Assembly: GCA_963751275.1 (NCBI GenBank)
Contig: CAVVTZ010000007.1
Span: forward strand, 576,001 to 640,000
From: an uncultured Gemmatimonadaceae bacterium
GTDB taxonomy: Bacteria; Gemmatimonadota; Gemmatimonadetes; Gemmatimonadales; Gemmatimonadaceae
Length of the DNA stretch: 64,000 bases
Direction of reading: 5' to 3'
Below, one piece after another: positions 22,436 through 32,600 of this stretch. The translations under genes were made by a program, and so were the position numbers. Within the stretch, counting starts at the first letter, position 1. Each line of letters begins with the position of its first letter. The notes beneath the pieces are model-generated. The model was not told the origin of the DNA. It searched no databases and was given only the letters and a program-made list of their open reading frames with translations.

Positions 22436-24425
22436 ATGCCTCGCTTCCCCCGCGCTCACGCCGGCCGCCGACATCGTCGCGGTTCCGCGCTGGTCCTCGT
22501 GCTCCTCATGACGGTGACGCTCGCGGCGGTAGCCATGTCCGCGATCCTGCTCACCGGCAGCGGCAAGATGCTCACCAAGTACTATGACCGCGAGCGCGAG
22601 TTCCGCTACGCGGCCGAGGCGGCGCTCGCCATGGGGAAGGCGCGCATCACGAAGGACACCACGATCCACCTCCCCGACAGCGGTTTCGTGACGCTGGTGT
22701 CGGGCGGCACGATCACCGGCGCCGATGGCCAGACGATCCCGAACGTGCGGGTGAACTTGTACGCCGGCAAGACCGGTAACACCACCGGCCAGTTCGGACA
22801 GTTCGCCAGCCTCATCGCCGAGGCCTATGACGCCGGCGGCACGCACTACGTGCGCCGCCTCGAGCTCGAGGCCTCGAACTTCGCGCGCTACGCGATGTTC
22901 ACCAACGTGTTCCCGGGCGTCTGCTACAGCACCGGCGAGTTCATCAGAGGGCGTGCGCACAGCAATCAGGGGTGGAACAACTGCGGCTCGCCCACTTACT
23001 ACGACACGGTCTCGGCGGTGACGTCGGTCACCGTGAGCAGCGCGGTGTTCAAGAAGGGCTACATCAACGGCGCCAAGGTCGATCCCGATCCCGTCGGTCG
23101 CGCAGCTCGCGAATCTGCACACCAACGCGGTGGCCGGGAATCTGGACGTCGTGCCGCTCGGCACCTCGCTCGCGAATCTCCGGACCCGCATCGAATTCGT
23201 CGCGATCGACCTCGACAACGACGGCCTCATCACCGGCCCGGCGGAAGGCTTCTTCCGCGTCTACAACTCGAACCGCACCGACCGCCTGCGCGTGACGCCC
23301 ATCCAGTACAGCGGCGGCATCAACTCGCCGCCCGACAGCCTCTGCGGCGACTGGCACATCGACTCGACCAACGTCCCGCGCCGCCTCGTATTCTACCCCA
23401 CCGCCACGCACAACCAGGCGTGGATGTGGGCGCGCTTCGCCGGCAGTCCGCCGGCCGACACCTTCAACACCACGCTGGCCACGTTGAACAAGCGCGACGC
23501 GATCATGGCGAATCCGAACGGATTCCGCTGCTACAGCGCGGGCGACCCCCATCTCGTGGCGTTCGAGCGCAAGTTGAAACTCTCGCTCCCGTCACCGGTC
23601 GCCGCCGACTACCAGAAGGGCGGCGAAGACACCACGTGGACCGACAGCACCAGCTACGGCTGGTGGGTCAAGTGGCCCGGCGCCACGGGCAACACGGTCA
23701 CGGCGCTCTCGAGCATGAGCGGCGGGAACAAGTATGTGAACTATCAGGCCCAGGCGACGCGTCTCTGGCCGCTGTATCGCGGCATCAACACGACGACGAA
23801 GGGCGTCGTCCACGTGCACGGCCCCGTGGCGCTTAGCGGCGTACTGCGCGGCAAGATCACGCTGTATGCCGCCACGACCGGCGGCGCCACCGGCACCGTG
23901 CTCTACATCGATGACCTCGTGTATGCGCAGGATCCGGCGGCGGTGCTCTGCGCCAATCTCCTCGGCGTGCTCTCGGACGGCGACCAGATGATCGCCGACA
24001 ATGCGATCAACTCGCCGCAGCAGGCGGGATCGGGAAAATCCTTCCGCTGGACCGATGGCACCGACAACGGGATGCTCACCGCCAACGACTTCGTCTTCCA
24101 CGGCGTGATGATGAGCCGCACGGGCACGATCGGCGTCGAGAACTATGGCTCGCACCCGGAGAACCTGAAGCACTGCAACGGCGCCCCCACGGGCCGCGGA
24201 TGCATCACGCAGGCCGGCGGCGTCATCCAGCAGACGATGTCCGCCACCTACGCGGGCGGCAACACGGGCTACGGCGAGAACCGCAGCGTGGACCAGTGCA
24301 TGCTGCAGATGTCGCCGCCGTACTTCCCCGTTACCGGGCAGTACATCGACAACCGCTTCTACGAGATCGATCCGGGCCGCTTCAACGTCTCGAACATGTT
24401 CTTCAATCTCCAGGGAGGTTTCTAG
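22436..24425 (+). CDS. Large PilX/GspK-like pilin, paralog 1 (frameshift near 23080)
   Basis: RRG|SALVLVLLMTVTL without E5; YAAEAALAMGKA; colinear with 24653-26626. Confidence 0.8.
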
Positions 24426-24652
24426 CGGCGCCGCTCGGATGCTTCGAGCGCACCACGACGCATTGGCGCAGCTCCCGGGCGCAGCGGGACTCGATCGCAG
24501 GACATTGATGGGCGGCCACCACGCACCAGTCGCGTGTCAGGCCGCTCGTCGTGCTTCCGGAAGGTCGCGATCGAGGAAGTGAAAACTTTCATTACACCGT
24601 GCGACGGATCGTTCCAGTGTGCCGCCGCCGAACTCGCACCACGGGTACTCCC

Positions 24653-26626
24653 ATGATCCGACGCAAGCAGCCGTCGAAGCCGCAGCCCGCCGAGAGCCGT
24701 CGCGGCAGCGCACTGATCCTCGTGCTCCTGATGACCGTCACCCTCGCGGCGCTCGCGCTCTCCTCGTTGGTGCTCATGAGCAGCGGTGTGCTGGTGGGCG
24801 ACTACCTCGATCACGAGAACGACTTCCGCTATGCGGCTGAGGCGGCGCTCGCGATGGGCAAGGCGCAGCTCACGAAGGACACCACGATCGCGATGCCGGA
24901 CAGCGGGTACATCACGCTGATCTCCGGCGGCCAGATCATGGGAGCCGACGGCCTTCCCGTCCCGCGCGTGCACGTCAACGTCTACATCGGACCCTCGGGC
25001 AATACCTCGGGCCAGTTCGGCCAGTTCGCGAGCGTGGTCGCCGAGGCGTACGACGCGTCGGGCACGCGCTATGTGCGGCGGCTCGAGCTGCAAGCCGAGA
25101 ACTTCGCGCGCTTCGCGATGTTCACGAACATCTGGCCCGGCGTCTGCTACGCGACCGGCGAATTCATCCGCGGGCGCGGGCACAGCAATCAGAATTGGCA
25201 GTCGTGCGGCAGTCCCAATTATTACGACACCATCTCCGCGCACGGCACCGTGGGCGGCGGCGCGCCGATCTACCACAAGGGGAAGATCGACGGCGCGCCG
25301 TACATCGCGATCCCGCCCGTCACGAAGCTCGCGATCATCCACACGCGGGCCGTGGACGGGAACCTGGACATCATCTCGAACGGCACGAACTCCAACAACG
25401 TGCGCACGCGCCTCGAGTTCGTGCCGGTGGACCTGGACGGCAACGGCGACATCTTCGGCCCGAACGAGGGATTCTTCCGCGTTTACCAGGGGAACAGCTC
25501 GAACGATGTGCGCGCCGATCCGAGCGGCGCGCACGGCCCCGACGACCAGTGCGGCGACTGGCACATCGACTCCGTGGCCGTGCCGGCGCGCCTCACCTTC
25601 TGGCCGGTGTCGGTGCACAACAACGCGTGGATGGCGGCGCGCTTCGCGGGCGGCCCGCCCGCGGACATGTACGTGGGTGGGATCACCCAGGCGCAGCGCG
25701 ACGCGATCATGGCGAACCCCAATTTCCGCTGCTATCCGCGCGGCGATCCGCATCTCGTGGCGGTGGAGCGCCCGGCGAAACTCTCGAGCCCCGCGCCGGT
25801 TCCGGCCGATTGGCAGAAGGGCGGCGAGGACACGACCTTCACCGACAGCACCACCTTCGGCTACTGGCAGCGCTGGGGCGGCGCCACCGGCAGCGTGACG
25901 GCCGCGCTCTCCGCGATCCCGTCCACGTCGCCGTACGCCGGCTACCTGGAGCAGGACCAGTGGCTCTGGCCGCTCTATAAGAGCATCAATCCCGGATCGC
26001 ACGGCGCCATCCACGTGCACGGCCCGATCGCGCTGAGCGGCGTGCTGCGCGGCAAGGTCACGATCTATGCCCAGACCTTCGGCGGCCAGCACGGCGATGT
26101 CGTCTATATCGACGATCTCGTGTACGCGCAGGACCCGTCCACGGTGCTGTGCGCGAACCTGCTCGGCGTGCTCTCCGACGGGAACCAAATGATCGCGGAC
26201 AACGCGATCAACTCGCCGCAGCGGGCGGGCGGCGGCTGGCCGTACCGCTGGACCGACGGCGACGACAACGGGATGTTCACCTCGCACGACTTCGTCTTCC
26301 ACGGCGTGATGATGAGCCGCACGGGGACGATCGGCGTCGAGAATTACGGCTCGCACGCGGAGCATCTGCAGAACTGCGGTGTGGCCAACTCCGGGCGCGG
26401 CTGCATCCGGCAAGCCGGCGGAGTGATCCAGAACCAGATCTCCGCGACGTTCACGAACAGCGGCGACGGCTACGGCGAGAACCGCAGCGTGGACCAATGC
26501 ATGAACCAGGAATCGCCGCCATACTTCCCCGTGACCGGGCGCTACCTCGACAACCGGTTCTACGAGATGGATCCGGCGCGGTTCAACATCACCACCCTCT
26601 TCCAATCGCTGCAGTCGGGGTTCTAA
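24653..26626 (+). CDS. Large PilX/GspK-like pilin, paralog 2
   Basis: RRG|SALILVLLMTVTL; many identical blocks with paralog 1 (DDLVYAQDP, CANLLGVLSDG, SPPYFPVTG). Confidence 0.82.
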   Translation: MIRRKQPSKPQPAESRRGSALILVLLMTVTLAALALSSLVLMSSGVLVGDYLDHENDFRYAAEAALAMGKAQLTKDTTIAMPDSGYITLISGGQIMGADGLPVPRVHVNVYIGPSGNTSGQFGQFASVVAEAYDASGTRYVRRLELQAENFARFAMFTNIWPGVCYATGEFIRGRGHSNQNWQSCGSPNYYDTISAHGTVGGGAPIYHKGKIDGAPYIAIPPVTKLAIIHTRAVDGNLDIISNGTNSNNVRTRLEFVPVDLDGNGDIFGPNEGFFRVYQGNSSNDVRADPSGAHGPDDQCGDWHIDSVAVPARLTFWPVSVHNNAWMAARFAGGPPADMYVGGITQAQRDAIMANPNFRCYPRGDPHLVAVERPAKLSSPAPVPADWQKGGEDTTFTDSTTFGYWQRWGGATGSVTAALSAIPSTSPYAGYLEQDQWLWPLYKSINPGSHGAIHVHGPIALSGVLRGKVTIYAQTFGGQHGDVVYIDDLVYAQDPSTVLCANLLGVLSDGNQMIADNAINSPQRAGGGWPYRWTDGDDNGMFTSHDFVFHGVMMSRTGTIGVENYGSHAEHLQNCGVANSGRGCIRQAGGVIQNQISATFTNSGDGYGENRSVDQCMNQESPPYFPVTGRYLDNRFYEMDPARFNITTLFQSLQSGF

Positions 26627-26650
26627 CCACGACTACCTGAAGGGCAACAA

Positions 26651-26713
26651 GGGATACGGCAAACGGGAAACGGGACGAACCACTCACTCCCGTTTCCCGT
26701 TTCCCGTTTCCCC
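26651..26713. repeat. Inverted heptamer arrays (GGGAAAC / GTTTCCC) forming a hairpin after the pilin cluster
   Basis: gggatac ggcaaac gggaaac ggga...tcccgtt tcccgtt tcccgtt tcccc. Confidence 0.8.
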
Positions 26714-26800
26714 TCTTGTCGGTCGTAGTCGATAGGAGGGAGTGGCAGTCCGCCTGCCACTCAGGCATATTCCCCGGCCCCACCCTCATCGCCGCGGTCT

Positions 26801-27907
26801 ATGTCCGATTCCCAAGCAGCCCTCAAGAAGACCCCCTTCCACGCCATCCACGTCGCACTCGGCGCCAAGATGGTCCCCTTCGCGGGCTTCGAGATGCCCG
26901 TCCAGTATCCCACCGGGATCACCGTCGAGCACAAGACCGTGCGCGAGAGCTGCGGTGTGTTCGACGTCAGCCACATGGGCGAGTTCGAGATCACCGGCGA
27001 GGATCGCGTCGCATTCGTGAATCACGTGACCACGAACGACGTCGCCGCGCTCGCGATCGGCCAGGTGCATTACTCCACCATCCTGAACGAGCGCGGCACG
27101 ATCGAGGATGATTGCCTCGTCTATCGCGCGGCCGACCGCATCGTGATGGTCGTCAACGCGTCGAACAGCGACAAGGATTTCGCGCACATCATGCAGTACG
27201 CGAAACCGTTCAAGGTCACGGTGAAGGACATCAGCGACGACATCGCGCTGCTCGCGGTGCAGGGACCCAAGGCCGCCGCGATCCTCCAGCCGCTCACGAA
27301 AACGGATCTCTCCGCGATCAAATACTATCATTTCGAGGAGGGCGAGGTCGGCGGCGTCAAGGCGATCATCTCACGCACCGGCTACACCGGCGAAGATGGC
27401 TTCGAGCTCTACCACGCCGCGAAAGATGGCCTCCGCCTCTGGAAGGTCCTCATGGACACCAAGGCCATCACCCCCGTCGGACTCGGCTGCCGCGATTCCC
27501 TGCGCCTCGAGATGGGCATGGCGCTCTACGGCAACGACATCGACAGCGGCGTCACCCCCCTCGAAGCCAACCTCGGCTGGCTGGTCAAACTCAAGAAAGG
27601 CGACTTCGTGGGACGGAATGCGCTCGTCGCGCAGAAAGAAGCTGGCATTCCGAAGAAATTGATCGGGTTCACGAGCGAAGAACGCGCCTTCCCGCGCCAT
27701 GGGTATCCGGTGTTCGTGAACGGAGCGCCCAGCGGCGAAGTGCGCAGCGGCACGCTCAGCCCGAGCCTCGGCATCCCGATAGGCACCGCCTACGTGCCCA
27801 CTGCGTTCGCGAAGGAGGGGCAGCCGATCGAGATCGAGATCCGCGGCAAGCGCGTGAAGGGGTCCGTGGTCAAGCTCCCCTTCTATCAGCACGGCTCGCA
27901 CCTCTAG
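26801..27907 (+). CDS. gcvT: Glycine cleavage system aminomethyltransferase
   Basis: FDVSHMGE, SRTGYTGEDGFE, RDSLRLEMG. Confidence 0.96.
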   Translation: MSDSQAALKKTPFHAIHVALGAKMVPFAGFEMPVQYPTGITVEHKTVRESCGVFDVSHMGEFEITGEDRVAFVNHVTTNDVAALAIGQVHYSTILNERGTIEDDCLVYRAADRIVMVVNASNSDKDFAHIMQYAKPFKVTVKDISDDIALLAVQGPKAAAILQPLTKTDLSAIKYYHFEEGEVGGVKAIISRTGYTGEDGFELYHAAKDGLRLWKVLMDTKAITPVGLGCRDSLRLEMGMALYGNDIDSGVTPLEANLGWLVKLKKGDFVGRNALVAQKEAGIPKKLIGFTSEERAFPRHGYPVFVNGAPSGEVRSGTLSPSLGIPIGTAYVPTAFAKEGQPIEIEIRGKRVKGSVVKLPFYQHGSHL

Positions 27908-27934
27908 AAGGCCCGCGGAGCCCGGGGCAGTGCC

Positions 27935-28416
27935 GTGAGGATCGCCATCCTGACCGTCTCTGACGCCGGTGCGCGCGGCGAACGCACCGACCTCTCGGGC
28001 GACGCGATCGCCGCATGGGCGAAGACGCACGGCCATCTGGTCGCCCAGCGCGCGCTCGTCGCCGATCGCACGGAGTTGATCGCGCCGCTCATCGCGCAAT
28101 GGTGCGATGACGATTCGGCCGATCTGGTGCTCACCACCGGCGGCACCGGGCTCTCGCCGCGCGACGTGACCCCCGAGGCGACGCGTGCCGTGGTCGAGCG
28201 CGAAGCGCCCGGCATCGCGGAGCGGCTGCGCATGAGCGTCATGGACAGATTCCCGCGCGCCGCGCTGTCGCGCGGGCTCGCGGGCGTGCGCGCGCGATCG
28301 CTCGTCGTGAACCTCCCGGGATCGCCATCGGGTGTGGCCGACGGACTCGCCGCGCTCGACGCCATCGTCGAGCACGCGGTGGCGATCGTGCGCGGCACGG
28401 CCACGGAGCACGCCAA

Positions 28417-28420
<4 letters not shown>
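27935..28420 (+). CDS. MogA/MoaB-family molybdopterin adenylyltransferase
   Basis: ILTVSD, TTGGTGLSPRDVTPEAT, NLPGSP. Confidence 0.92.
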
Positions 28421-29946
<1,526 letters not shown>

Positions 29947-30083
29947 CTTGATTTTCTAATCTTTTGCGGGGATATTCGGCTGGGCAGAATCGTAGGGTGT
30001 TCGGTGCATTTTGTGCCAGTTGACATCGAATCATTGCAGGCGCAATCAATAGTGTCGGTTGGTCACCTTTTGCTCCGGAACGC

Positions 30084-30818
30084 ATGGCTCTGAACGTGCC
30101 CGGCCACTCGTCGCACTCACCGATCGCGGGCAGTGTACTGCCGATCAAGCGCGCCGAGGATCTGTTGCTGACGCTGCCGGGGGTGCTGTCGGCGCGGATC
30201 GTGGCGGCGGACGACGGGGCGGTGAGCGAGATCCATTTGCTCACGAGCGCCGAAGTGAATCCGAAGCAGACCGTGCGGAACGTGGAGAGTGCGCTGATCG
30301 CGCATTTGGGGATGAAGGTCGATCACCGGAAGATCTCGGTGGCGACCAGCGTGGATACGCAGCAGACGGCGGACGCGCGGAAGGAGAGCGTGGCGTCGGC
30401 CGCGGCGGTGGTGGCGGCGGCGACGCTGCCCAGCCGGATGCTCTATTTCGAGGACGTGGAGGTGCGGCGTTCACGGGTGCAGGGGGTCACCTGCCGTGTG
30501 ACGCTGAGGAAGGGCGAGAAGTCCTACATTGGAGAAGCCGAGGGGGCTGAGACCGAGCGGTCGCGCGCCGAGCTGGCTGCGCGAGCGGCACTTTTGGCTA
30601 TCGTGCAGGCGGAGCCGGACGCGCATTTCGTGGCGGTGGAAGGCTGCAAGATGTTCGAGGCGTTCGACGCCGAGCATGTGTTCGTGGGGATCGCGGCGCG
30701 CGACGGACGGGACCGGGTGCTGCTGACGGGGAGCTGCCAGGTGAAGGACAGTCCGGAGACCGCGAGTGTGTTGGCGGTGCTGGACGCGACGAACCGGTGG
30801 TTGGGCCGCGCGAAGTAG
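30084..30818 (+). CDS. Conserved hypothetical two-domain protein
   Basis: Clean 244-aa ORF; motif LPGVLSARIV..EIHLL..PKQTVRNVESAL..DHRKISVA; C-terminal AVLDATNRW. Confidence 0.8.
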   Translation: MALNVPGHSSHSPIAGSVLPIKRAEDLLLTLPGVLSARIVAADDGAVSEIHLLTSAEVNPKQTVRNVESALIAHLGMKVDHRKISVATSVDTQQTADARKESVASAAAVVAAATLPSRMLYFEDVEVRRSRVQGVTCRVTLRKGEKSYIGEAEGAETERSRAELAARAALLAIVQAEPDAHFVAVEGCKMFEAFDAEHVFVGIAARDGRDRVLLTGSCQVKDSPETASVLAVLDATNRWLGRAK

Positions 30819-31116
30819 GGTAGGCCGCAGCGGCTGGAGTGATAGCAGGGGACGTGAACGCGTGGGGGCGTTTCGGCGCCGTCGCGCGATTGGTGTCCGC
30901 GGAAGAGCGGTAGGGATTGGAACTCAAACTTTGGTATAGATCACCAGCACCCTCACGAACGAAAAACTGAAACGAACCCCCGTTCTCGGCTAAGCAAGTT
31001 GGACAAGTAGTTAGCGAAGCTGAGCGGGCCAGACCAAGCAATTGAGCGGAGCCAACCTTATTGCATGTCACGACGAGCGTCGGGCATGACAAGACCTAAA
31101 GGGGGGTGACGCGACA

Positions 31117-31203
31117 ATGATGCATTTGCTGAAGGCTTGGGCGAAGCTCGCCAAGTTCATGAAGAACATTCCGGTTGATTTCGCCACGTTGAATTGGGGC
31201 TGA
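31117..31203 (+). CDS. 28-aa peptide MMHLLKAWAKLAKFMKNIPVDFATLNWG (candidate signal-peptide precursor)
   Basis: SD-like AAAGGGGGGTGA (31098-31109) 7 nt before the ATG; stop 27 nt upstream of the HD-GYP gene; amphipathic N-terminus. Confidence 0.65.
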   Translation: MMHLLKAWAKLAKFMKNIPVDFATLNWG

Positions 31204-31230
31204 AACCGGAGCGGGGGTTCCTCCTTAACT

Positions 31231-32586
31231 ATGCCGAAAAAGGTTCGGATCTACGTAGCCCTTACATTTCTTGCGGCCCTCGCGACGGGAGCCGTACTTC
31301 TTGGCATCGGATCACCGATCGAGGTTAAGGATCTCCAAGCAATCGTGGTTCTCGCGATTCTTGGTGTTAGCGCGGAGGCTTTGGCGCATAGCGCCCCCAG
31401 CGGCGCCACCGAATCAATCGCGTATATCCCCTACGTTACAATGGCGGTGCTGGTACCAAGCTGGCCTTCGGCGCTCGCAATTGGAGCCGCTTCTGGATTC
31501 GGCTCGTTGTTGCGTGGTTCTGGTGGGCTAAAGCCGATCTTTAATTTCTCGCAGGCCAGCCTTTCTGCAGGCCTCGCAGCAATCGCATTTCTACTGACGG
31601 GTGGGCACTCCCTTCTGGGGACTTCGTCGGCTGGGATCGGCTTCTCTTGGCTAATGTTGCTCGCTGTATTCGCGGCGTCGATGGCGTACGTGTTGGTAAA
31701 TACCGCTGTCGTTTCAGGGGTGATTGCTGTAAGTGAGGACCGAAACTTCGTCATGGTGTGGCGTACGACCGCGCTGCGTAGCGTGTTGTACGACGTTGTG
31801 GCCAGCCCAGTGGTCTACCTGCTCTCTTGGCTCTATGCAAGCTTTGGGATTCTTGGCGCAATAGCATTCGCGGCGCCCCTGTTGGTCCTTCGCGAGATTT
31901 ATAAGACGAATCGCCAGCTCGAGCGCGTCAACCATGAGCTCCTCGAACTCATGGTCAAAGCAATTGAAGCGCGCGACCCGTATACCTCAGGTCATTCGAG
32001 GCGCGTGTCGCAATACTCGAGAATCATCGCGCGCGCCATTGGCATCGGAGGTGCGGAGCTAGAACGAATCTCGGTAGTCGCTCTTCTTCACGACGTCGGC
32101 AAGATTCACGAAATCTACGCGCCCATTCTGCGGAAGCCGGAGAAACTCAGTCCAGCAGAATGGTCGGTAATGCAGACGCATCCTATCAAGAGTTCGGAGT
32201 TGGTCGCGACGGTTTCGCATTTGAAAGACATCGTTGCGCCGGTGCGGCATCATCATGAGAACTGGGATGGCACTGGATACCCTGACGGATTGCAAGGCGA
32301 GCAGATTCCGCTCGGAGCGCGCATCGTCTTGTTTGCTGATACCATAGATGCGATGACGACTGATCGCCCGTATCGAAAGGCGCTATCTGAGGCGCAGGTC
32401 CGGTCTGAGCTCGTGAAATTCCGCGGGAAGCAGTTCGATCCTGAGATGTGCGACAAGCTTCTCGCAAGTCCAATGTTTGGCCTCCTGTTCGCTCCGCATG
32501 CGCGTGAGTCGACCCCCGAGCAGGGCATGCCAGTCACCGCCGGCGGAAATCGGGGAGGTTCGCCCCCCTTGAGGTCGGCGCGATAG
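31231..32586 (+). CDS. Membrane-anchored HD-GYP cyclic-dinucleotide phosphodiesterase (MASE-type multi-TM sensor)
   Basis: About 7 hydrophobic helices in the first ~220 aa; TSGHSRRV, LLHDVGK, HHHENWDGTGYP, DAMTTDRPYR intact. Confidence 0.92.
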   Translation: MPKKVRIYVALTFLAALATGAVLLGIGSPIEVKDLQAIVVLAILGVSAEALAHSAPSGATESIAYIPYVTMAVLVPSWPSALAIGAASGFGSLLRGSGGLKPIFNFSQASLSAGLAAIAFLLTGGHSLLGTSSAGIGFSWLMLLAVFAASMAYVLVNTAVVSGVIAVSEDRNFVMVWRTTALRSVLYDVVASPVVYLLSWLYASFGILGAIAFAAPLLVLREIYKTNRQLERVNHELLELMVKAIEARDPYTSGHSRRVSQYSRIIARAIGIGGAELERISVVALLHDVGKIHEIYAPILRKPEKLSPAEWSVMQTHPIKSSELVATVSHLKDIVAPVRHHHENWDGTGYPDGLQGEQIPLGARIVLFADTIDAMTTDRPYRKALSEAQVRSELVKFRGKQFDPEMCDKLLASPMFGLLFAPHARESTPEQGMPVTAGGNRGGSPPLRSAR

Positions 32587-32600
32587 CGGCATTCCGCTTG

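Noticed and set aside
22436..26626. Recombinase-driven switching between the two PilX-like genes
   Set aside because: Same orientation, each has its own prepilin leader, and no invertase or inverted crossover sites were seen.
30059..30074. Sigma54 promoter TTGGTCACCTTTTGCT before the 30084 gene
   Set aside because: GG-to-GC spacing is 9, not 10; it would fit only if the T run lost a base in assembly.
30920..31100. c-di-GMP riboswitch upstream of the HD-GYP operon
   Set aside because: Class I/II consensus elements were not recognised by eye; an Infernal/Rfam scan would settle it.
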